This document shows, one piece after another, positions 13,716-26,500 of a stretch of 64,000 nucleotides of DNA. The notes under the pieces were generated by a model. The model was given only the letters and a program-made list of their open reading frames with translations. It did not search any database and had not been told where the DNA came from. Position numbers and translations under genes: made by a program. This DNA is from Raillietiella orientalis. Taxonomy: Eukaryota. The first letter of the stretch is position 1. Every line of letters starts with the position of its first letter. The stretch lies in NCBI GenBank assembly GCA_036172245.1, contig JAYWIR010000029.1, positions 248,001 through 312,000 on the forward strand. The letters run 5' to 3'.

Positions 13716-14545
13716 GTATTGGCAGCCATGCGACTGCGTTCTCCGCGCGCGTTACCGAGCGTTGCGGGTACGAATCCCTACGTGGGGGGATCGAAGCCGA
13801 GAACAGGAGTAAGTCGTGGGTTTGGGCCCCCCCTTCCACAATTTGACGCTAGTTGACCTCGGGTGAGGCACTGGTGGAAGCCGGAAACCGGATGCCCCCG
13901 TTGACTGGCCGCTGGGATTGGAAGTGGACCCTCTGGGATCCTTCCAGGAGTCAAGGAGCCAGCTCCCTTCGTAACTCCCTCCGGTTGTGAAAATAGGGTC
14001 TCTGCCACCCTCGGAATGAATCCTCCACTGTGGACCATAGAGCTGGTTCACACACCCCTCGGAGGATTCTTTCTCCAGAGTATCAAGAAGCTCGCGGCTT
14101 CCTTTGGGGAGCACGTCTTTCAGAATAATTTGGACGCGTCCCTTCGAGGTTCTCTTCAGAGTAACAAGGGGCGGTTCCCTTGCAGGTTCCTTTAGAAAAG
14201 AAATTCAGGAGCCGGTTCTTTCCGGGTTTGCTTCGGAGAAGAAATGAGGAGAGGATCCCTCCAAGGCACCCCTCCGGAGAGACTATGGAAGAGGTTTCCC
14301 TTAAGGTTCCCTTTGGAGACAACCAGTGCGAGGATTCCCTTCGGGGTTCTCTACCAAGCGTAAGAGGAGCTTCCTCCGGAGTCTTTCTGGATTCATAAAG
14401 TGGTGCCTCCAAAGTGAGCTTCTAACTTGAAGGGTTATACGCACCCTCAGGTGGATTGGACTGTGTTCAACGAGTCCCCTCTAAGGAGGCGAGAGGTTCT
14501 TCAGTAGTCAGCAACCCAAAAAAAAAAAAAAACAGGGAAACCTGG
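13716..14545 (+). mobile_element. tRNA-derived SINE-like repeat, copy A (long, diverged)
   Basis: Degenerate tRNA head (ggtacgaatccc B-box at ~13767), then core gacgctagttgacct-cgggtgaggcactggtggaagcc...ggatccttccaggagtcaag shared with 29770-30139(-) and 46647-47585(+). The 3' body cgtcccttcg.ggttctcttcagagtaa...ccctttggagacaaccag is shared with copy C. Ends near an A-rich tract. Confidence 0.75.
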
Positions 14546-17500
14546 AATAAAAAAAAGAAAGCTGAAAGGAAGATGAAGAAACCACAGGCGCCGATGGCTA
14601 GCAGCGCCACTTGGGAAGTGCCACGTGCATATGTGAGCGAGCAGACATGAGGGGGGAAAAGAGGGGCAGAAGCAGCCAACAACCCGACCAAACAAATGAG
14701 CATCTCACTATCTGCGATCATCATCATCTTCTGGGAGCGAACGGGCAAACGCCAATTTTCGTATCCTTCTCAAGGAGTGTCCGCCATTATTTTCCGCACC
14801 AGGTCTTCTTCTGCCCTCCCAGTGTTGCCTCCGTGCTTCCGCTGGCAGATGCAATGAACCCAGATGCCTGGAGATCCGGCTCAGGAAATGTAGAACCGTA
14901 GCATCCTTTCTAGCCGATCTTAAGCGCCATTAAGTCGCATCTGCTTGCTCTTGGCGAGGACCAGCCTCACTCGGTGTAAACGCATCGATCCCATGGAGGA
15001 CGAAGGGAAACGTGCGACCACTCCTATTCTACGTGGTCGGGACAAACTGCTCGAACTCTTCCCGAAGAGAACGCCTTGCTGCCGTGGCACCGCCGGCGAC
15101 CACTTGCTCTCTACCTGCGGCGTCTAGGGAAAGGAGTTTCTCCTTCGATATTGCTCGCGTTTCAGGAAGGAGCTACTCTTCTGGCGTCCCTCGTGCCGCA
15201 CTCACAGTGAAGCTGGAGATCCCCCATCTCCACTCACCAAATATTAAGGGAGTGCAAGGAAGCTGGCGCTGGATATTTTTTCCCCCTTTTTCTTTCTTCT
15301 TTTTTGAAGCTTCTGGAAGCTTCGTGAAGCAGCGGTCCTCCTCAAATGAAACTCCTCTGCGTCCTGTTTCGCTTCCGATAGCGATCGGAAGATTTCAATC
15401 ATATCTGTACCGTCTGGAGGAAACTTTTGAGCCGTCCCAACGAAAACCTCATCCCTGATGCATAAGGACGAATGAAGCGAAAAGTATCCATTTGATCTCT
15501 GTAGGATCCGCTGCCTAGCGAATAACCTAACGAGCTCCTCCCCCAGTTCCTACCGGGAACCCCTGAGTTTTTCTCGCTCTACTCGTAATCCTTTCTGGAA
15601 ACTACCTTCATCACACAGAGGAAACCTCGCTGATAGCCTATCAGCGTTTTTGCTTCCCTGACGTGACAGAGATTTTCTCCAGAGGATCCTGCAAATGAGA
15701 TTATTCTCTGCTGAGTGCTCCAGAGGCGATCACTAGGCAGTAACTCAGAAAGTCAGCAATGGTGTGATAATCTTCCATCTTTCGAAGAGAAAAAAGGGAG
15801 GAGACAAGGGAGAGAGTTTGAGAAGCACGTTCTCGGAAGATGAAACTCTTCGATCCTTTTTCTCCTGAATCCCGGGGCGCCGATCCTGTTCCTGGGTCGC
15901 TCTTTCCCTCTGCGTGCAAGTGTTTTCCTGAGGAGCTGACCGGAGACGAGGATAGGAGACGCTTCTGACTGTGTCAGTGACAAAGTCCTGAGGGTGTCAG
16001 TCGCGGTGGATCCGTTTTCGCCTATTCGCTGGAGCTGAGGTTGCTGTTTCCGTGCAAACGGAGGTACACGCGGCCTTCAGCGGCCTGGAGCTTGGTTATA
16101 AGAATGATGACGAAGCTTGGAGGCGGTGCCGAAGCAGACCGCTTGAGGAGCGTGGGGTCGGAACCCCACAGATGTCAAACTTTCGTAACCATAATCATCT
16201 TCTTCCTGCATGACTCAGGCAGAAGTTACGTTTCGATCCCGTTTCTCTCGGAAGCACCGGACGAAGTGTCAGTAACGGATCGTTCACGAGAGGCATATGA
16301 CCGCAGCAGTCATTCCTGATGAGAGGAGATCATGTGACGGGAAGAGGGAATCCCTTCCGCTCGATGCTTCCCCAGACGCCAGGAGATGATTGTTTCGATG
16401 TGTTGGAAACAGTCGGGACACTGAAGACATCTCCCGCGAATCCAAATGTTTTTATGGATCACATCGTGCTAGGCAGACATTCCCGTATCGATTTCCTCCT
16501 GAAGTCGCATCGCATTTGGCGCCGTTTGGAGCTTTCCTTCTTCTCCCTCTCCATATCTCTCGTCCATTTTTCCTTTTTTCTTTTATTCTAACGCGAAGCT
16601 TCCCGAAAGAAGCTGCGGGAGCACTCTCCGGGCGAGACATGAAACAGCATTCGAAAGAGATTTTGGTTGCCGACTCAGCCACCATCCTCTCCTCGCCCTT
16701 CGAGGGAGTCGCAGTGCTTTCTTAGCCATCGACACGCCGGTTGCCTTGGCAACAGCTCTCCAAACAGAGACGGGTAGAGAGAGATGTGGTGCTTCTTCCG
16801 GAGCTAAGAACGTGCTCCTATGCCATTGAGTTTATGACGAGAATTTGAGCAGCTGCCCCGCTCTCGATCTGCCAGCCTAAGTTCCATTTGCTTTCAGTGA
16901 AGCGACAAGAAGACGACAAGGCTAAGCTGTTGAAGACGCCCTGCAGCTGACTGCCGCTCCAAATGCCCTAGGACACCCATTACGATCTTTGACAGAAGTT
17001 CCCTGAGCCAACAGTTGGAGGATTCGCTGCTGCCTTGTGTTCGTTTGGGGGCGCTGTAAGCTTACGGATGAGCGGCACCCTGATTTCTCACCTCCCCACA
17101 TCTCCTCATCTCCATGTGGGTGTCGTCCCGGCGCAGAGAAAGGAAAATCCCTGCGTTCACGGCGCTCTCGTGGAATCGTGCAAGGACCTTCCCCACAAAA
17201 AAAGCGGAACGAAGAATCTCGTGAGTTTCCCACGAAGACTCGAATCCCGTAACTCCCGAGGACAGGCCCACTGAACTCATCTGCGCCTCGATCACGCGTG
17301 ACCCAGTCGCTCCAGCTCCGCGCTGAATGCCCGATTTCGTTGGAAACTGCGGTCATCGCGGGACGCGGTCTTCCGCCCGTCGCCGCCGCCTCCGCGAAAA
17401 GCCTTAGGGATCAGTGAGGCGACTCCGGTTCTGCTCGTGGTCGACCGACGAGCACGTGCTGAGCAAGGAACGAATCCGCTCGATGCAAACCCCGGACCTA

Positions 17501-20500
17501 CTCCCGCCCACACTCCCTCGCTGCCTGAGCTCATTCCCGGCCCGAGGACGCGGAAGTTGCCGAGCGAACCCCTGACGAGAAGGAACGAGAAGCCGAGTTT
17601 CCAGCTCGCTGCATCTTCCTTGAGTTGCTGCCACAAGGCATCGCACGCACTCCATCACCGACTGAAACAGGTCACCCTGGTTTCGCTTCACCAGATGCCG
17701 GAATGATCGTCCGTAGTCTACCGGAGTATCCGCTAGCTGGCTGGGATATCCGCAGTCGTTCTGCCGTTGTACCCGCCGATCGGCCCCGCCCTTCCGAAGG
17801 GCCTAGTCGAAACCTGCGTAAGAACGATGGCTAGGGCGGCGCACCCCTTCTATCAACGCGCATCCCAGTGCTTGCTGGACGTCCAGGAGCGTGGTGAAAA
17901 ACTCAAATCATTTCGGATGAGCAAAATTCACAATCATTCTCGAAGACGAAGAGTCACGAAGAGAGTCACTTTTACATGCCCCTTTCCTGTTCTTTTGCGG
18001 TCCATATTGCGAAATAAATAGCCTTCCTTAACCCCAGAGAATGGTTCAGAAATTACCGGGTGATTCTGCGCTGCCAGGCGTGCCAGAAAAGGAGTTGCAA
18101 TTTTGAAAAGCATTACATGACAAAACATTAATCAGAGAAAAATAATGCTCCAGATCTCCGCTTGCTCGGAAATATTCGTGCAGAGAGCTGCAATATCATG
18201 AATCATTTGAAGAGAAAAATGCTCTCAATTAAATGCTAAACGTTTGCAATTTTCTCACATAAAAAACGCTTTCATTTTCTGCAGAAAAGGTTCGTAAAAA
18301 AAATTGGTTGCTTTTCCGTTGTCTGACGAAGGGCTTACTAAGAAAACATGGATCAACGAGGATCGTATAAAACATCCACCTTGTACATTTACTGCGCTTC
18401 TGGGTTCCTCCCCTCCCCATCATCCCTCCTTCCCTGTCCGCTCCCTACATTTGAACTTTTTCCGTTGACCACTTCCACTTCAAACTACCGGCAAAGCAAT
18501 CGTGCTGAAAATCCGCCTTCCGAAAAACGGTCTACGATCACGCGCGCTTGAGATATCTTTCCTGCCATCTATCGAAAAATTAGCGAAGCTGTAATCGGTA
18601 ATTTCTGCATATCAAAAGCACGACGAAGTCATGCAATTAACTGAGCTATCCAGGCACCCAATTTTCGAGCCTTCTGGAACATTCGAGAATCATTGACGCC
18701 GTGGCAAATTTTTATTGTCAATAGCATCATCTTCTAGAAGTACTCAGAGTGGAGAAGTGCAAGATGTCATTTCAGAATGATAACAGTGGGTGCCATCTAT
18801 GAAAGAAAAAAGATACTGGACATTGGGTCTGGATACTTCTTTTCGACACGGCCCACTCTTAGGATGCGGAGGCAGAAACGGGATCTACATCAAATCGGAA
18901 ATTCTGGAAACCCGGAAGGTCAGTGACTCTTGTGGGGGAGGTGGCATATAGAACAAGGAAAAACACGCAGCTGACGATCAGAGTGCAGTAATATGGAAAG
19001 GAATGAAGAAAATCAGGACGTTCCAGAGATACGTATGGGAGAGAAACAGCCAGCATCCAGCATCCGAACCGGTGATCGATCTGTATTCGTACTTGTCTGA
19101 TTATCTCATCATAATGATGACAAATGGCAAATCTCGTGGCGGCCGTCGACAGCAGGCCATCTGAGCAGCTTCCTCCTCCCTATCCCCCAGCCTTTCTACG
19201 CCTTCCTGCGAGCTCCGAGAGAGAGGGCGCCTCCTCCTCAAGAGAGGTCCTCCAAGAAAGCGAACGACCATGACCTCCTGGCTTCGGGGGAAAGCGCGGA
19301 GAAAGAGCGGCAGCGAATTCCGTCGCTCGCCTCACCCATGGCTTCACAAAAGACCCCCCTCCCCTCCTTTTTTTCCTCCGTTCTATTCTTACACGTCTTG
19401 TACTCCCCATGTTCACCTCCTGGTGCTCCGAAAGGAATTTGCTGTTGTGCTGAATTCTGAACGCTATTTAAAAACAGAGTGGGATCTTCTCCCCCCGCCT
19501 CCCCCCTACTTCACTCTTTCCCCTCGGGCGATGATCATGTGTGCTGCGAAGTGTCCCGAAGGAAGGATTTCAGGAACGAAGGAATGCCCAGAGTTCCTTC
19601 CGAGTTCTACCCAAGAGCTTTCTACTTCTTCCATTCACCTTTTCTTGAGCTTCACGATCCCCGAAACGTTCCCTCGGGGCCCATCCCCCTCAGCGCTGAT
19701 CCCAGACATCCTCCCCCCCTTTTTTTGTTTCCTTCAACCCTGTCTGTAATCTTCGCCTCCTTAAAGATCTCCCTGGAGATCTTCGGCTCACATCCTGCCT
19801 CTCCCAGCTTGCCCTTGCGCGAGGGATGCGGACCGTCTGGGAGCTCGGTCGTCCCGGCGGGATCGCTCCTGCCTCTCCCGCCCTCTCTCCTGGGACCCCT
19901 CGGACGCGCACAACCGGGACGCGTACGGCTGGATCCTGAAAACCGATGCGCCGCAATTCGCTTTCTCCTTACCACCTCCTCCTTTCCTTCTCGATCCTTC
20001 TCCGTCTCAGTCGATCCTTTCGGGGCTCCCTACCGCGGGCATTCTCTTCCCTTCAGTTGGCTCTCCCTCTTTCGGTCCCAAATCCCCCGAGCCACTCGCT
20101 CAGAGCGAATGACCCTTCCGGGATGACCCACACAGACGAGGTTGAGGGGGAGATCCCTCATCCCGATCGGTCCACGCGGCCATCCCTGGGATGGAACCTG
20201 CTCGTCAGGGATAGCGAAGAACCTGAGGATCTTAGACCTAGCCGCGCCGCCTCGGGCGCGTTCCTTCCGTTCCCCCCCTTCTCCCAGCAAAGAGGCTCTT
20301 CCTGGAAGTTTTTGACTCCCCTTGCGCGGATCCATCCCATCTTTGTGCACTGGAACGTCTTCGGGAATTCCCCTGGCCCAATCGCGAGATGCCCCTTCCC
20401 CCTCCCCGTGTCGAGCAGGATTTCGCCCTCGGCAAAGGGGAGGCGCCTCGAGGGACAAGCCTCCCTGCCGAAACTCGGTGCTGAAGGAAAACGAGGGAGG

Positions 20501-23500
20501 GAGAAGAAGGGCACGATAGGGATGGAAGGAAGGAACACGGGCCGCCGCTCCCACGAGCTCACCTCCGCCCTCCATACCCGCAAACTGTGATTCCCCCTTT
20601 CGGAGGGTGCGGCTGGCGCACGGGTGCAGCTTGAGACGTTTCCGCTCCCTCCTTTCCTCTCTCCCTTCTCTTCTCTTGCTCACTTTGCCTTCCTGTTTTT
20701 CCTGAGATATAGAGGATGCTCACTGCCAACGCATTTTCCTGGTGTCTCTCTCGAGAAGGGTCCTCTTGCACCGTCGGCCGCACGGAGGCGATACCGGCCC
20801 TCGCATTGGGACAAAACCCCGTGAGCTCGTAGACCTCTGTAGGGGCTGAACTCGGTCACCCAGTTTGGAAGCGATTCCCCTGCGTCAGGGACCAATCAGG
20901 GGGTAGGTGTATTGGGGTAGGAACCCGGTCGCTTGCCACTTTGCCAGAAAGACTGGAGACCCTCTCTGTTGTGGGCCCCCTCGTAAGGCTCTCCCTGGCC
21001 CTCCTCTTGCACCAGCAAAGGGACTGCTGTCCTCTCTGAGATTCCGCCACCAGGATCTCAAGACAGCGGACCCTGGGCAGGGATAACTTGGTGGAAAATC
21101 TACGGAGATTCCGGGCGCTCCCACGGGAGCAGCCGCTGACCTCCTTGAGGGATAGAAGCGCGACCTCGGGGTTCTCTAAGATCCCTGAGAACAGAGAAGG
21201 TGCATCCCAGGCGCTAAGCTGAATGAGACACGGGTTTCCTGGAGCACATAAATTCCCTCCCCTCCTCCCCCCCTTTTTCTTCCCGGGGCTCTCGGGATCG
21301 CCACCTGACCTGACCCTGCTTCCTTAGACGCCGAAAGTACTGCTGAGTCGTTTCCCTCCCACTCCTCTTTGCCTGCGTCCACTTATCTCTTCCTCTCCCA
21401 GGATTGTTTGCAGCATCCCTCTCCAAAAAGCGAACGGTACGTCAATCCCAAGAATGGCGTTGCTGCCTTCCAAGAGCTCTCCTGCATCCTGCATCTCTCC
21501 ACCTTCACGGAAATTCTCAGAGATGCTGTTCTCCCTTCCCGACCTCGAGGGTGCCTGGCTACTGCCAGACCTCGAGATCACGGAGACCGGGAAGCACTTC
21601 TGGTCCTTCCCGGATCTCCCGAGAAGAAATCCCCGACGAGAGGCCGCGGAGGTTGGGAGGCGGAAAGTGGTCTTCGCCCTAGTCCCACACTCGCCTCGGA
21701 GCATCGTCGCCGCCCTCCAAGCCGGAAATCACGTCGTCCGTCTCAGCTTCCCTGATCTTCTCGCCCCCGCACGTCCCCGGGACGCACGCCCGGCTGCGTG
21801 CATGAGTCCCAGCAATTGCGTGCGGACGGCAGGGAGACGCGGCATCCGGAGCGGGCCGCCGCTCTCATCCGGGTTCTCCGTGTTAGAAGGGAGCACCGGG
21901 CAATGGACACAAGCGCCGCGGGGTGTGTCCCAGGTGGCGTGGGCAAGCTGCCCTCCAGGCGGAAATGCATCTGGGATGGGAGGAGAACGCACTCTCCGAG
22001 ACTGAGGGAACTCAGTGCGGTTCCAGTTGTCGAAGGGGGGACACACTGGTAGACCCCAGACGTAGACCCCTGGAGAAACATCCCTCGGGACGAAGCATTG
22101 GCTCGGTGGACGGAAAGCGTCACATTTGCACGTGCCGATGTCTGTGGAGACGAAAACCGGAGCCAGATGCTCCAGGGATGCAGGGGCTTCTGACTGATCT
22201 GGGAAGCGGCTCCTGCGCGCGCAAGCTGCCTCTTCCTGACCACCTCCCGTGAAGGACATTCGCCTCGTGGCGCTGCCAGCTGACCCTCCATCCTTGCGCC
22301 ACCTGACCTAGGTGTTCCTCCTGAGCGATCCCGAACTTTGGATGGCGGCGGCCCTGCGGATGCCTTCCTCCATTCTGGATTTGAGGGTCACTTCCGCAGA
22401 CCCCGGAATGTCGCCACCTGTGCTCAGGAAAGAGACAGCGCCGGCTCCGGCGGTGGTGGTCACGTCCCGCGTAGCTCTGGAGCGCGTGATCGGAGTCTCT
22501 TTGTGGGCATTTCCACGGAGAGAGGACCCTGTCGGGAAAGGGGAGGAGCATCCAGTTCTCGCGCGCGGAGGTGAATTTCCTGTATTCTCAAAGGGAATGT
22601 GGGAGGTGAGGCGAACCTTCTCGCCTCCGGAAGAGGAGCTCGGCGATAGAACTCGTTCTCCCCTTTGCTCCCCGTCCGGGAGCGAGAGTCCGCCTTCCCC
22701 CAGTCATTCTTCCGGGAGAGTCGCGGCGCGATCCCGGGAAGCGCGCGACGCTGCTCCCGACGTCAGAGGGGCACCTCTGCCTGGCGGCGTCCCGCCGGAG
22801 AGAGGAGCGACGCGTCCCGGCAGGCAGCGCTCGCGCGTGACCGCTCGTCCACTCAGCCGAGCGGCGCCCCGCCGCAGTTCCTGTCCCCCGACCTGTGAAT
22901 GAGGAGGAGGGATGGAAGGCAGCGCCGGGAATGGGGAGGGAGCCGATTTTTACGAGGAGCCAGGGATCCCGCGTTCGTGCTCGACAAAAAAAACAAAATG
23001 GGAAGGGACTTCCCGTCGCAAATTGATCACTTGAGCCGCACGCGAGCCTCTCCCGACGGCCCCTGAGCCCGACACGTGCCGGCGCGCGGGATGAGATCAC
23101 GAAATGGAGGGGTGCGGCGGGAGACGCAGCATCTCTGCTCCACGAGTCTTCCCACTCTTGAAGTTCCCCCGTGATCGATGAGGAGGGGAAGGGGGGAGAA
23201 GTCGCGGGAACAGGGGCGCGGAGAATCTCCCGCCCCTTTTCTTCCCCCCTAGGAGGCTCTAGGATTCTTCCTCGTCCCTCGCCCCCCTCCCTTGGGTCCA
23301 CCTCACCTCTCCCGGAATCCTTCGAGAGAAGAGCGAAATCCTGTAAGATGGAGAGAGAGTAGGGACCCCCTACTCGTAATGCTGCGGAGTTGGGGATGCG
23401 AAGAGGGGGAGGAGAATGGGGACGAGAAGAGAGGAGGGCAGCAATCGCAGCCCGAGGACCTTGTGTCCCTCTCCGGCCAACGGGCCATCGTCATTTATGC

Positions 23501-26500
23501 TCGAGGGGAGACATCCGAAGAAGGGTGGAGTTGGCGAGGAAGGAGGGGGGAGGAAAGGGAGGAGGATGAGTCGGCTTGCCCGTTTCCCCTTCTTTTGTGA
23601 CAGGCATTGGGTTCTTCTCTGTGGCGGCGGTTACCCCGGAAATATGAGGGGCCTTTCCATGCCGGAGGGGGGAGGGAAAGGGCAGGTGTTGTGGAACGAA
23701 ACCTGCCGTGTCTCAGGACGGGGGATGGGAGGAAGCAGTGGGGAGGGGTGCGACGGCGAGAGTGGCTCTCGGCTTGATCCGTGGGATAGCACAGAAGCGA
23801 GAGAGGGGAGAAGAGAGGGAGAGGACTCTCCTGAGATTGACGACGGCGGCGACGCGTGTCACCGTGACGACAGATGCGAGGAACTGAGGACGGCCGTCCT
23901 GGCGGATCAAATCGAAAGTACGCAGGAGGGTGCGGTGCGTGCACGCGCGCGAGGCTGGAAAGGGAGAAGGGAGGGGATGCGCGTCCCGATTTCCCGGTGA
24001 GAAAATGGGGAGTCAGTAGAGGAAGGGAGGGATAAGAGGGAGAGAGTGGAAGAGTCGGGAGGAGAAACGGAGCTAGCGGGAAACAGGCGATGGCGGAGGG
24101 CAGGGAGAGTGACCTCTTCCCGAAGGAGACCCGCCCCTTGCGTCCACTAGCTGCCAGCAGCTCAAGAAAGAGGAGCTTGTAGGAGGAGGCTCGGAAGAGC
24201 TTCTTTTCTTCCTCCTCCTCTCTCTTCCGCTTTCAAAAACCACCAGCGCCAGTCCCTCTTTGCTCTCCTCTACAGACATCCCACGCTCCTCTCCCCCCCT
24301 TTCCCCTAGCACCCAAGTTGATTGGTCGCCCAACTCAGACCTGACCTCCTCCTGCAGGAAAATCAGAAACACGTTCTACCTCCTTTTCGCCCGAGAGGCG
24401 GACTGTGGGCAGAGGTCACTCTCTCCCTTCCTCTCTCTCTCTCTCTTCCGCGATCCAGGAGGGGACGAGTCTCCTTCCGAGTCGAGACTTTGAGGAGGTT
24501 TCTCTACCCCATTCTCCCCTTCCTCCCTCCCGACCATGTGCGCAGCCTTGACCCCGAGTTCCTATGCTTCCTCTGCACCAGAAGAAGCAGCTTCCAGCCG
24601 ATGGCAGACGCTCCCACGAGAGGCTCCTCCTCGCAGCCACCTTTTCCTCCTCCCTCCTTCGTTATTCCTTCCCTCCTGATTATTCGAGCGAATCCTGGGA
24701 TGCCACCGGAAAGACCTGCCCGATGCATCACTCCCCTACCAGGAGAGAAGGGCAATTCAAGGCAACGCGCGCCACCACTCTCTGCGCCAGAGGTCTCTGT
24801 TCGTCGCGAGCAAGAGGGGTGGGTAGGGGCGGGAGAATCCTTCGATGGCTAGCAGCGCAACAGCAGCTTTTTCTAAGCAGAAGGGAAAGAAGGTGAGAGG
24901 AAGGCTGAGAGGCGCGCCCAACCCGAGGAGGTAGGAGGGTCTTTCGCAGGAGCGACATGGGGTCGCCGCGGCCTCCCCCTTTGCCGATCCGGTCGCTTCC
25001 GCAGAAGGGCAACGCAGCCCCGGATAGGAGCGAATTTCCTGAGCGCAGCCCTCTCTGAATCACTAGCCTTCAGGGATCGGCCCTTTACGGGAACGAGCCC
25101 TCCCGTCGGACCATCTTCCTGTTCGCGAGACACACGTGTACGCGCCCCTATCCCTCCTCCTTCTCCCGCGCCCTCACCTCCCACCGGGAATTATCGTCCT
25201 TCTCGTAAGGGCCAATCAGAAAGCATCCTGCCTCTGCATCGGGGGAACGGGCAAGGAGGAAGAAGAAGGGGAAGAGGAAGAAAACTCCCCCACGCTGCCC
25301 ACCCCACTCTGCCCCAAAGGAAGGAGGAAGCGCGCCCTCATCCCCGGCATGAAGGCGACGGGTCGCGTATGACCCTCCGGAGACCTCACTCATTCTCGTG
25401 ATCCCAGTTCACCCCGGACCCGGAGGCACCATGGGAGAGCCTTTCCTTGGACATTACCGAGTCACTTTTCCGTCCTCCGAATGAATGGTAGGATCCTGCG
25501 CGCGTGTAGAGAAGGGATTAGGAGAGAAGTCCTACTGCTATTTCCTACTTCCCCCTCCCCCCCTCTGCTGTCGTAAGGAAGGGATTCCCCGCCTTTGCTG
25601 CTGCTCAGGGAAAGCGGGGTCGCTCTCTTGCGTGAAGGGGTGCTTGGGCGGCGAGCACTTTGCTTGGACCACCTCCTGGATCCATTCTTCCTCCTAGAGG
25701 GCCTGTGGCAGCTGCGGGAAGGGAAGGCCACAGGAAGAAGCAAAGAATGAAGCTTCCTCGAAAGATGGGAAAAATCCTCCAGCTTGCGTGGCCCTCCCAA
25801 TTTTTGCCTCTCCTCTCCTACTTCTGCTCCATCTCCAAGGCTGCCTCATTCTCGGGAGCGTATCCAGGAGACAACAGCGATCGGATGCAGCTCCGCTCGC
25901 GCTTGCACGAGGCCGTTCCGCTCCCCTTCCCCCCCCCCTCTCTCTCTCCGCCTCCGCAATCTCCCGCCCGTGCTTCCTCGCTTCTCTACCCCCGAGTGAG
26001 TGCGCGCCAATCGATCCGGCGTGCGATGCACCCGCCCAGGAGCTTGGTACGAGGGCGCAGCAGCGTCTCCGATGATCGGCAGCCGCCGCCGTCGGAGCAT
26101 CCTCTGCCCGCCCTTCCCTCCGACGGAGGCTCCCGGCTACGTCGAAAGATACAGACGCGATTCCGATAGCTTTCTCTGCAACTTCCGGCGCAGCTTCCAT
26201 CATCCGCAGCGCAGGAAGCAGCCTCGCCATTCTTTTTATCACCAGGGAATAAAGCCGGCGTTCCCATTGGACGGCTCCCCTTTTGTGCTGGTGTCCGGGA
26301 ACCCATTCCGCCGAGTCATTTCCTGCAGCATCTCCCTCGTTTCATCTATTCTCCGCTCTGTACCAAGAGTCAAAGTAATCTGCAGCATCATTAAAGAGCG
26401 CCTCGGCGGAAAGGAGCAGCGAGCGAGCCGCAGGAGCCGGCAATTAGGGAGCGCGGCGATCATCCGATTGGAGAAGCCCACAGAGTATCATTTCCGCCGT

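Noticed and set aside
22309..22528. Coding-like candidate exon within the Ets intron (SSLRGNAHKETPITRS...)
   Set aside because: The frame compatible with the phase-1 donor ends in a stop, and there is no recognisable homology.
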